Positions 51,001-63,000 of a stretch of 64,000 bases of DNA are shown piece after piece. Source of the DNA: Veleropilina oligotropha (lineage: Eukaryota); NCBI GenBank assembly GCA_048128005.1, contig JBEUKZ010000101.1, positions 186,001 to 250,000 of the forward strand, given 5' to 3'. Both the position numbers and the translations under genes were made by a program. Every line of letters starts with the position of its first letter. Within the stretch, counting starts at the first letter, position 1. The notes beneath the pieces were generated by a model. The model worked only from the letters and a program-made list of their open reading frames with translations, was not told the DNA's origin and made no database searches.

Positions 51001-54000
51001 ATAATGGTAAGACTCGATCCTCCTAAAAGATGATCCGGATAATGGTAAGACTCGATCCTCCTAAAGATGATACGGATAATGGTAAGACTCGATCCTCCTA
51101 AAAGATGATCCGGATAATGGTAAGACTCGATTCTCCTAAAAGATGATCCGGATAATGGTAAGACTCGATTCTCCTAAAAGATGATCCGGATAATGGTAAG
51201 ACTCGATTCTCCTAAAAGATGATCCGGATAATGGTAAAACTCGATCCTCCTGAAAGATGATCCAAATTGGAGAGCGGATCCGGATAATGGTAATGGATAA
51301 GAATGTGGCGACTTGGATTTCCTACTGCTATATTAAATTTTATCATAAATCAAAACCAATCCTCGTGATTGAAGCAAGCCACATCACATACATGGAGTGA
51401 GTGTTAACATTCCGAGAAGAGCATATAACCAGGAAATTGAAGAAAGTAATGCAGCAATGCAAAGCTCTTTAACATTAAACAGCGGAAACAATGACTAATG
51501 TGCACATAGAGAAAATACCTTTTGCTCAATTGATATCGAGCACAGTTGAATTAGCAACATCCCCTTGAGTCCACAACTCGAGGGGTTGTATCCCCTTGAG
51601 TCCACAACTCGATGGGTTGTATCCCTCCTCAACTCGAGGGGTTGTATCCCCTTTAAAAGCAGCTACCTTGAATATGAACATGACCAAAATCGTGCGGAGT
51701 CATGACTTCAAGTAATGCGCATATTGAATTCCAGCAAAGCAAACATCACAAAGCTACATGTTGACTGTAGAGGTGCACAAAATAAATCTCTGCAGAAGCA
51801 TTGAAACATAAACATAAGCATAGTATCCAAGACTATTAATTACAGCTTCAGACTCGCTTACCCGATATGATTCTGCGGACAGGCTTCCGAGAACTTCTCC
51901 CTGACTCCTCGCAGGTCCACACCGACGCCGACGGTCGAGAGAGACTTGACGTGGGAGAAGTAGGCGTCGGACAGATTGGTCAGCTTCTCTGAAGCGGGCA
52001 CCCCAGGGGAGAGCTGATCTCCGGGCGTGTGTGTGGGGTTCTCGTGGAGAACGCTGAGAGAGACAAAACCCACCTTCAGCCGATAACGAGTGAGCTCTGC
52101 TGCAGGGTCATCGAGAAGCTTGTGTAACGAATCTAGAGCAAGCAGAAATAAAGGAGGTCAATATCTCGCAATACAAACTGAAATACATACAGAAATGGTA
52201 ATGTGCAAAGATTTTTCCAGGCGTTTCAAAGTGAAACTTACATTACACTTTAATACATTTTTCAGTCATATCATTGGGGTCTGATCAATGTATCCGATGA
52301 AACTTTATCTGCAGCACTGCATCAAGCCATAATCATAAGCTCAAGCATCTAATGTTGCAGAAATTTGGTGATCTGATATCTAACGAGAACTGGTATGTGC
52401 TACATTTACACACTATTCGCCACAAGACCATTGTACTCTAGTTAGAGCTTGTCAAAGTTTCATACACAGTGTTCACTACAGAAAGAATTTACGTGTGAGG
52501 TACCCTAATTACATTCCTCGAGCCCACTCGAAGCAGTGTATCCCCTCGCACATTAGCCCTCTTTAATGCAAAATTCAAAGTAAAAGTGACCTAGTATCTA
52601 ATTTAAAGCAAATAGGATTATAACTGTTAATGAAGCCTTAGACTGCACACTGGAAATATCTGAGACCGCGTCAAAAATGAGGCACGTTCAGGGATGTGCA
52701 CAGAAATTTTTGAGTGCGGGTATAATCATTTCTTTCAATTTTTGGCACAGAGGATAATTTTACAAATATTATGCATCTCAGAAGCATTTCCTGATACCCA
52801 ACTTCCATGTAATTATATCAAGCATTGTCTTTGGGATATTCCATTTAATTATATCAAGCATTGTCATTGGGATATTCCATTTAATTATATCAAGCATTGT
52901 CATTGGGATATTCCATTTAATTATATCATGCATTGTCATTGGGATATTCCATTTAATTATATCAAGCATTGTCATTGGGATATTCCATTTAATTATATCA
53001 TGCATTGTCATTGGGATATTCCATTTAATTATATCAAGCATTGTCATTGGGATATTCCATTTAATTATATCAAACATTGTCATTGGGATATTCCATTTAA
53101 TTATATCAAGCATTGTCATTGGGATATTCCATTTAATTATATCATGCATTGTCATTGGGATATTCCATTTAATTATATCAAGCATTGTCATAGGGATATT
53201 CCATTTAATTATATCAAGCATTGTCATTGGGATATTCCATTTAATTACTGTAAGTCATGAAATTTTAGCGAACATAAAATCTTGGCGAATTTAGCGTCCA
53301 GCGCAAATTCGCTAAAATATCATGACGCTAATTGGTTTCGAAAATAAGGTAACATAATTATGTCATTATAAAAGAATAAATAAGAGACAAACATTATTAT
53401 ACGCTAGATAATTTATTCATAAAAGGATACTAGTAAATAATGTAACAGTAATTACAAGATAAAACAGTAATACATCTAATGTTTACGACTAGTATTCAAC
53501 AATACTCACACTTCCATTTTAATGTCACTGTATTATTGGCAGTCCGAATGCACTGAAAGTATTCCGGCTTTCTCCCATCCGTGCAAAAAAACATTTTGTA
53601 TCCGACTTTAACGTATCATATGATTTTAAAATCCAATTGGCGTGCAGTGGCTTCAACGTTGATAATTTCAAATCAACTTTCGCTACAACCGAATCCTCGT
53701 TGCGCATTTCATTTTCCACTTCGGACGCATACCACGTGGTAAAATGCTGCTTCAGTAACGTCTTAAAGTCGCCGTTGACGGATAAGTCGAGCGGTTGAAG
53801 CTCTCCTGTGCAGCCAGCAGGTACAAACAACGGCAGTACGTTTATGGCCCGAAGTTTTGTGAGAAACTTATCGGTTCTATGTGCCTGAAACACGTCGAAG
53901 AGAGCGATGGCCTTTTGTTCAGACGAAAACCCAAGTCGTTTCCTGGTTGCAGTCATATAAGGTTCGATAATCGTGTCGACGTACCGATCCATCGAAACTG

Positions 54001-57000
54001 AATTCGACCAGTGATTTGCGGTGTGAAAGATGTCCCATTCATCCGGAAACTTAAATTTTGGATGGCACATGTCAGTTTTTCCCGTGTACAGCAACTGCAG
54101 CGGCAGTAACACACCGTCAGCTGACGCGCACATGACCGCAGTGATTTGTCGCTTGTCTTCTAGGCCGATAATTTCCACCTGTTTCGTTCCTTGTCGTTCT
54201 AAAGTCCAGTCTGAGACGGGCACGATTTTGACACCTGTTTGGTCAAAATTGATGATGAGACTCTTCGGCACAACGAATTCTCTTATCGTAGACTTCATTC
54301 TATCGAGGAAAGTGCTTCGAACAGCCTCGAAGTCATTCGGCAATTTCCGCGCTGCCTTCGTTCCCTTCCGCTTCACAAGGCCGAGTCTTCCAAGGAGCGA
54401 ATTCACCCAACCGCGTGTAATATCGACCGATCCGCCGTGTTCCCTGAGGAGTCCGCGGTTTTGAAAAGAAACTACCCCCTTTGCTATCCCAGTGACGATT
54501 TGACGATTAATAATGCCACCAGATTCACGAACCGCGTGGATACGAGCGATAATACGTACTTCGAAATCGCCAAGCATCAATGAACGGCCACGTTTGTTAC
54601 ACGGCAAGCGGTCTACTGACTGCTCCGGAGTTTCTCTCTCCAATTTCAAGTACGCCTTTTTCATATTTCGGACCGAGCTTTCGTTGATCTGCTTTCCTAA
54701 CTTTGCCGAAAAATGTTTGGCTGCTTTCGTGTTGCCATTATCGATAGCGTATCGAGCGATTTTGGCCTTTTCTTCTGGTGTATACACCTCGTAAGGCGAA
54801 CGTTTTCTCTTGCGGCTAGAAGCTGTCCTGTTTTCGGTCAGAATTTTATCGATCTCCGAGTTCACTACGGCACATTCTTCGGCATCTCGCGGATTCGAGC
54901 ATTGATTTGGATCTGGAAGACCAGGCGTTGGATCAGGGAACCTCCCACCTGGATTTTCTTTCGTGAGCCATCGAAGCATTTTGCTGGAAGTCGTTATTGT
55001 GAGTAAAGTTGAAATGTACTCGTATTCCGTACTGGTTTGAAACAAGAATGAATTTCAGAATTCGGGTCGACTCTTTTAAATGCTTTCAAATGGCGCTTAG
55101 TTCAAACGGAGCTTTGTTGGTAGATTAAATTGAGCATGTGTCAGTTAAAATGGTATTTTCTGAATGCTTTTTGTTAATCGTTTTAATTTAGTGCTGATCA
55201 ATGATTTTAGAAACAATACATTTTATAATCCGTCTTCGCACGATTGTTTCAATTGCCGACATGTCATTTTTTGCGGCAAAGAATAAACGATAGACGGTCG
55301 TACACGTTAAGCCTATTTACATCAACTAACAGATTACTTCATTGAAAATAATGTGTAATACACACAATGCTGGTCCAGTACAAGTAATCCTATCAACCTT
55401 TCTGCCTGACACATACGATCAATGAGTATTAAGACAATACACATGTGAACTTATTGTGAGCCACTATTGCACTAAATAGCAGTGAACTATTGATTAGCTG
55501 TCACAATCCATGTAGCTATGCAAGTCTTTGATGCATTGAAAGGATGATAGATACTAGAAACTTGAATATTAAAAACGCAAATAATCGTGGTTCAATTTTT
55601 TGTAATTTTTTTTAATTTTTTTTTTTTAATTCCACCAAGGCATTTTCGCTAATATTTCATGACGCTAATAGGTCGCTTTTTGCGAATTCGCTAAATTTGC
55701 ATGTCGCTAAAATATTGTGATTTACAGTATATCATGCATTGTCATTGGGATATTCCATTTAATTATATCAAGCATTGTCATTGGGATATTCCATTTAATT
55801 ATATCATGCATTGTCATTGGGATATTCCATTTAATTATATCATGCATTGTCATTGGGATATTCCATTTAACTTTACCAAATTTCATTGATGTACATCAGT
55901 ACATTGCATTTCATTGGTGGCAGGTGTCATCTCGCTTACCCTGATAAGAATGTCGATGAGGCCTCTTGCTCTCCTTAGGAAGTTGGCGAGCTGCTGCAAA
56001 TAATAATAACTCAAGAGTCACATTCATGATTATCGCCTTGCTGTGGTAGCTTACTTGTTCCTCCGACCTGATATTGGCAGGAGTGCATACTCCTGGCAGG
56101 TCTAACCAAGGAAGACAGGTCAAAAGGTAGGAACCAGATGAAAGATAATCACTAACCAGACCCCAATCTAGAAAAAATAGGGGGCAGGGTGGAAATTTTA
56201 CCAAAGGGGCACCCAATTTTCCGTTGGGAAGTATATAATAAAGAATGAAAACAGGAATTTGTAAAGGACGCCAAATTTCACAAAAATGTTATACCGCTCA
56301 ATGGTCCGTGTGGAGTTGGGCCTCCCACATGTAAGAAAAGTTTATTTTAATTTGTAAAATGGCCTCTCCTGCACTCTGGGTCGACATCACCACTATATGG
56401 AGAATCATTTGTGGAGAAGCAAAATAGGTGTATATATCTTTCATTTCTGTTTCATGGGGAGGGGTTCTTATTCCTGTTCATTTAATTATTGTACTTTGTA
56501 TACAATAAAAATAAACAAATGCATCAGTAGTCTTCATGTTGATGTTTGCTAAATTTGGTATGCATCTATTTATTAAAATTCCTTGTTTGTTAGTTTGTTG
56601 ATGTATTGCTTTTTCCAAACTAAACGGTTTTCTGCATTGCACCATGCCTGGTGAATGTTAGTTTGAGCAAGGAATGGGATGGAGTAGAGTGGGGGTGGTG
56701 CTTGAATTTAGGTAGTATAGGCACCAAACTAATATTTTCATCTAACAGACAAAATAGAAATGAATATTTTGACAATCATATAATTCATGCTTTTCAAAAT
56801 TATATAAATTGAATATAATTATATAGTCATAATGAAAATAAATATATATATTTATTATAATGTAAAATATATATTATTGGAAATAATTATATAAATATGA
56901 ATGTACAAGATACAATATGCATATCTTTGTTTACACCAGTCTGAAACTCTTTGTTAGTTTGAAATGAATGGCTAATAAATATCAATTATTTATAAAAAAT

Positions 57001-59976
57001 TAAAATGTACCCATTTCGATTTTACTTATTTTTTTTAATATAATAAATTACCAAACCTAGTTTTATTTATATTGACATAGTAATATTTCATATATATACA
57101 GTATATATATTGTAATCGAGCTATTTTTGGTTTCGTAGACGGCATGTAATCGCGTATATATAGGCCTAGTCGTTCTTTTGTGGATTTGCGCATTTTATCA
57201 ATTTACATTTTGCGATCAAAATCCCGATATTTAATACAATTTTCCATGTCTACCTCAGCCTGTCTAACATTAGTGATGCTTTAAAAGTAAAAATATTTTG
57301 TTGTAAATATCTGATAAAATGACAATAAACACGTTTTAGGTTGCGTTTTTGTCACAGTCTATTTGGCCGCCTTCATAAATAAAGTCGACCGGAAAGCAAC
57401 GAAGATTTCCGGAGAGGGTTCGGTTCTCCGTTTCATTGGCTTAGATTTGTGGTATAAATAGATTGTGAAATGCCATCTAATTTGTAACCGGCCTGCATGT
57501 TAAATATGCGCAGTAAACGAAAATGGACGTTTTACGGAAGTCTACATTAATTTATCAATATTTAACATTAAAGAATTAAAGAATTGAAGCTAACTGACTT
57601 TAGCGCTCACTTCTATTCACGCTACAATGCTACAATGTGTTTTCGCAAGGACTTAATACAACTTGAACGTGGCATAACGGTGATGGCTTGAATCAAGAAA
57701 CATAACGAATTTGCGGTTCGACAATAAAATGTTTGGGAAACGTATTTGGGCGGCAGGGCAGTAGTTTTGGGGGCAGGGCGGGCATTCAGAGGGGCAGGGC
57801 AGGCATTAAGAGGGGCGGGGCGGGGCGCCCATCTGTAAAAGGCTAGCTAGGGGTCTGGTAACCATGGGGTGGGATCCCCGGTGAAATAATCCTTCCTGTG
57901 CGTCCATGGTGGGTCCCTGGGCCAGGAGCTAAGGGTAAGGTAACCCTGCTGAAGATGGCGTAATCTTAGTAATATATGTTACTTTAAACATAATAACTGA
58001 AGTCTGCCCGCAGCTAATGATAGACTAATGGATTAGGCTAAATAAAATTAATTGTGTGTTTCTGGTAACCCTACCTACCCTAATATTTTAGGTCCGACCC
58101 TAACAATTTTATTGGCATTTGTCATTTTTTTGCGATCCTAATTTTTCAGGAACCAAGTCTATCGCCGATCTGTTTTTACGTACACCCAACTGCGTACACC
58201 AAACTTATTTATCTCTCGCCATCTCAGTGTAACACAATGGGAGATAACTCTAAGGACTATGATATGTACATTAAAATTAAAATGTATATACAATGAGCAT
58301 AATGCTCGTTTTATATCAATTAGATCAATTTAAAAAAATAAAAAAATTCAAAATAAAGTTTTTTTCCTGCCTACCTACCCTATGTTTTTCAGTCTCATTA
58401 CCGGAAACACATAATTAATTTTATTTGGCCTTATATTATATTAAAAAGAAGTGTAAAGGATACAACTCAGCTACACATTTACTTAAATGTAGTTTGTGCC
58501 CCGTTTTATGAGCAAGGCGCAGTTTTAGTCCAGGACTAGCTTACCGTTGTTCTATGACTAAACGGAGAGGAGAGCGGGCTAGGTACTTTTTCCTTAAGTT
58601 ATGCAATGTATCTTAGCAAGAACTAGCAGTACAATCAACGTTTTAGTCATTGAGCAATGGTAATATATAATATACACTAGTCCTGGGGCGCGTTGCTTTC
58701 ATTAAACCGTTTGCAATCGTTAACGGTTATTACGCAGCGGTTGACAAAGCAACGACAACGTCAAAAGCGATGGATAACATGGCGTCGCTAAGGAAACATT
58801 GCGTTACTTTTAGGCGAATATTTATTAAATGAACGAACATAAGAATAAAACATGCAAAATCATGAGGAATTAGCGTACGTTGTATTTTGGGGCTATCAGA
58901 TTTGCCCATCATTCATTCCCTTGTCAATGATATGCGTAGTGAGCTAGCGATGCCCTTGACATGTACTTGACGTCCTTGTTGATTGTAAACGTAGCGCAAA
59001 GATCTTACGCCACCAATCGCTAGGTAACCGTTACGTCATAGCATGACATGGTAACCATTACGTCATAGCATGAAGTTGCTTTGGCAAATCGGAAAACAGT
59101 TGCAAACGGTTTAATGAAAGCAACGTGCCCCCGGACTAGAGCTACGCCTGGACTCGAGCTACGCCTGGACTAGAGCTATTATGCCCGGACTAGAGCTACG
59201 CCCAGACTAGAGCTATGCTTTGGTCATAAAACCGGGCACAGACCATCAACAATGGCATCCCATATCTCAGCAGATCCCCGGAATGATTAGCTCATGTTAC
59301 TCACTTTTCTAATCAAAACTCGTTAATTAAAACGCTATCAAAGGAAAATAAATCATTTTTCTCATTAAAATACTTACAGGACAGGGTGCTGTTTGACCTG
59401 TTGCTATAGTTACTGGAGAAGGACGACTCCATGTCGATCATCTGTGAGCGTGGGTCGTGGCCTGCGGCCATGGAATAATATAAATCATCGGTGGACTCTG
59501 GAAAAGAACAATTATAATGTTTGTAATCGCCATTCATTTGTGTAAGAATACACACTGTTCAATAATTGAATAATATACCCACTTCAGCATTACAACTACG
59601 ATGTACAAGGTGTGTAACAGAAACAAGAACGACGCGTTCGAAATATGTCTTGACATTTCTTTGTTTCCGTCAAATTTTCAGAACAGTTATAACGTTACAA
59701 TGGCTAAGTGCAAGTACTTCATGGCTTAATTTACTACCCCGTCGATTGTGACGTCACCAAATGACGATTAATCTAAAGCGACGTCGTAATGACGTCATTG
59801 CTATTTGCTTGCAATATTAGACATATGTTATATACAAACATGCATAAAAGTGCCTAATAAATGCATATTTTTGCAATATTGTGTCGCGAAAGTTATATAC
59901 ACGACCTACAAATACTCGTGGGAATATGTGTACCAATTTTGGTGAAAATTGAGCCGGTAGTTTTCGAGAAAATCAG

Positions 59977-60016
<40 letters not shown>

Positions 60017-63000
60017 TATATATGTATATACACACGGACCATTTGATAATGTCTTGTCCTTTTTTACAAAAAGGTCAAGACATAAAAAGGTTGGTTGCCA
60101 ATATTGTTTTACGACAACTTTTGACAAGCTGTCAGGGTTATCGCAGTCGGGATACCGTACCAGAAGAGAACACAATTTAACCATGAATAAGAACTGCAAA
60201 TGAATGAAAGAGAGTCTTGGCAGGCCGATATGAGCACTCACCTAGTGAGTTCACCAGGATGTCTATATAGTCCTTGCCGATATGAGCACTCACCCAGGGA
60301 GTTGACCATGTTGTCTGTAGGGATGATGCCGATATGAGTACTCACCCAGGGAGTTGACCATGTTGTCTGTAGGGATGATGCCGATATGAGTACTCACCCA
60401 GGGAGTTCACCATGATGTCGTCGTGATAGGCCGATATGAGCACTCACCCAGAGAGTTGACCATGTTGTCTGTAGGGATGATGCCGATATGAGTACTCACC
60501 CAGGGAGTTCACCATGATGTCGTCGTGATAGGCCGATATGAGCACTCACCCAGAGAGTTGACCATGATGTCGTCGTGGTATGCATTAGGCTGGACTCATA
60601 TGAGCACTCACCCACAGAGTTCACCATGATGTCGTCGTGGTAGGCCGTTATGAGTACTCACCCAGGGAGTTGACCATGATGTCTGTACGGATGATGCCGA
60701 TATAAGCACTCACCCAGAGTTGACCATGATGTCAGTAGGGATGAGGCCAATATGAGCACTCACCCAGAGAGTTTATTATGATGTTGTCGTGGTAGGTCAC
60801 CGGCTGGACTAGATATGAGTACTCGTATTGGCATCATGATGTCAGTAGGGATGATGCCGATACGAGTACTCACCCAGGGAGTTGACCATGATGTCTGTAT
60901 GGATGATGCCGATATGAGCACTCGTCCGGAATTGACCATGATGTCAGACAGTAGGGATGATGCAGATATGAGTACTCGCGCGTAGAGATGGCCATGATGT
61001 CTGTAGGAATGATGCCAATATGAGCACTTACCGAGATAGTTGACCATGATATCGTCCTGGTAGGCATTTGGCTGGACTGATATGAGTACTCACCCAGAGA
61101 GTTCACCATGATGTCATCATGATAGGCAGCGGGCGGGATTCTATACAAGCACTCACTCAGAGTTCACCATGATGTCGTCGTGGTAGGATGATATGAATAC
61201 TCACCCAGAGAGTTCACCATGATGTCGTTGTGGTAGGCGGCGGGCGGGATTCTATACAAGCACTCACTCAGAGTTCACCATGATGTCGTCGTGGTAGGAC
61301 GATATGAATACTCACCCAGAGAGTTCACCATGATGTCGTTGTGATAGGCGGCGGGTGGGACTCTATACGAGCACTCACTCAGGGAGTTCATCATGATGTC
61401 GTCATAGTAGATGTCTGGCGGGACTCTATGCGAGTACTCACCCAGGGAGTTCACCATGATCTCGTCGTGGTAGGCAGCGTGCGGGACTCTATACGAGTAC
61501 TCACCCAGGGAGTTCACCATGATCTCGTCGTGGTAGGCGGCGTGCGGGACGCGACTGCTGTGTAATTCCCGCTGAAGCTCATGCTCTACACGCTTGAAGT
61601 CCTGCACTCCCATTGGCTTGTTTCTACTGGAATGCGATTGGTCATCGTCTGCTGCTAAAAGATGGCGACAGCATGAAGAATTAAATTGAAATGCAATATT
61701 CAAATTTCTTGGGATATCGCTAATTATAGTATAAGAAAGGTCCTCTAAAGTGAATACTGCTGCAAGAAAAGGCCTGGATCATGTATCCTTAATTTAAGTT
61801 TACTAAGTCAACTAAAGTAATCTTATATAAATCCAGTTTTAAATTCAATTGTCAATGTTACTAACGAGGTAAGGTAAGGTAAATTTGGGTGCTCTTTCGG
61901 TACTTCCCCACAGATCCGGCTTTTATACATATTTAAGGAGCTCTGGCTTGTATTCGTCTTAAATTTTCACACTCCGCATATTATCTGCCTTGTCAATTTC
62001 CAAATAAAATACAATGTTGCCCTGTATGGCATTAGGGTAAGGTAAGCAAGGTTCGTTAATCGTTGAAAATATAGAATTGAATTACGGTTAGGTAAGCAGG
62101 GTTCGCTAATCGTTGAAAATATAGAATTGAATATTGTTTTTATTCATAATATGAATGAAAACGTACTGGTAGCATTCGATGTAAAGGAGATGAAAAACCG
62201 GATTTCCAAAGTTGAGTAAAAGCCGGAGCTGTGGGGAAGTACCAAAAAGCGCCTAAATATGTTTTTACGACCACTATTTTGGCAATTTTTCTTTACCTGG
62301 GAAAGCCATGCCACTGGCCAGCTCAATGAGTTTGTGCACTTGTTGCGGAGACAATAGAATGTGCAATGCAGTTAACGTGAAATCGATATCCAACTGAAAA
62401 CAAAGCAAATATGTTTGATGATTGGATGTTTAGCCATACATTTTCTCAGATGTAACTAAGTCTATCAACATCGCATGATGACATTAAAGTGATGTTATTA
62501 CCTAATGCTCTATGTACAAGGTTATTCGTCATTTCTAACTGTTTCCCTATTCGTAGCGTAGGGGTGTAATAGTTTTGACTGTTACACGGTCCACGAACTG
62601 TTACATGCGCGATGCGAATGCGCCTTGAATTAGCCACGCCTTAACAATGACGTAAAAATGATGTTGTTTTGACTATGATGTAATCGGAGCTTCCCAAGAC
62701 TATGTTGTAATTTTTCATTGCTTATTACAAAGTGGAGAGTGCATTAACGCATTTGTTATACATGTATTATCTTTGATTAGTTGAGTTGACAACTTTGTTT
62801 TACGACCCGTTTGGCAATTTTTCAGCGTTAACGCAGTCGGGACACCCGGTTTAAGGTCTCACTCCGATCTGACTGACATACATTAGGGATATGCCATATT
62901 AGTTTTAAGCCTTAGAATAAGCCAGGCCGGAGCGGGCTTGAACCCACATCCTACCGTCCCACAACGTTTTTCCAATGCTCTAACCAGTTGAGCTATCGAG

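Larger units (their letters stand above)
52803..55870. repeat. 36-bp minisatellite split by the pogo element (52803-53247 and 55728-55870)
   Basis: Unit TTGTCATTGGGATATTCCATTTAATTATATCAAGCA, in register across the insertion. Confidence 0.95.

Noticed and set aside
52694..53260. (NYIKHCHWDIPF)n ORF
   Set aside because: Translation of a 36-bp minisatellite that is interrupted by a transposon.
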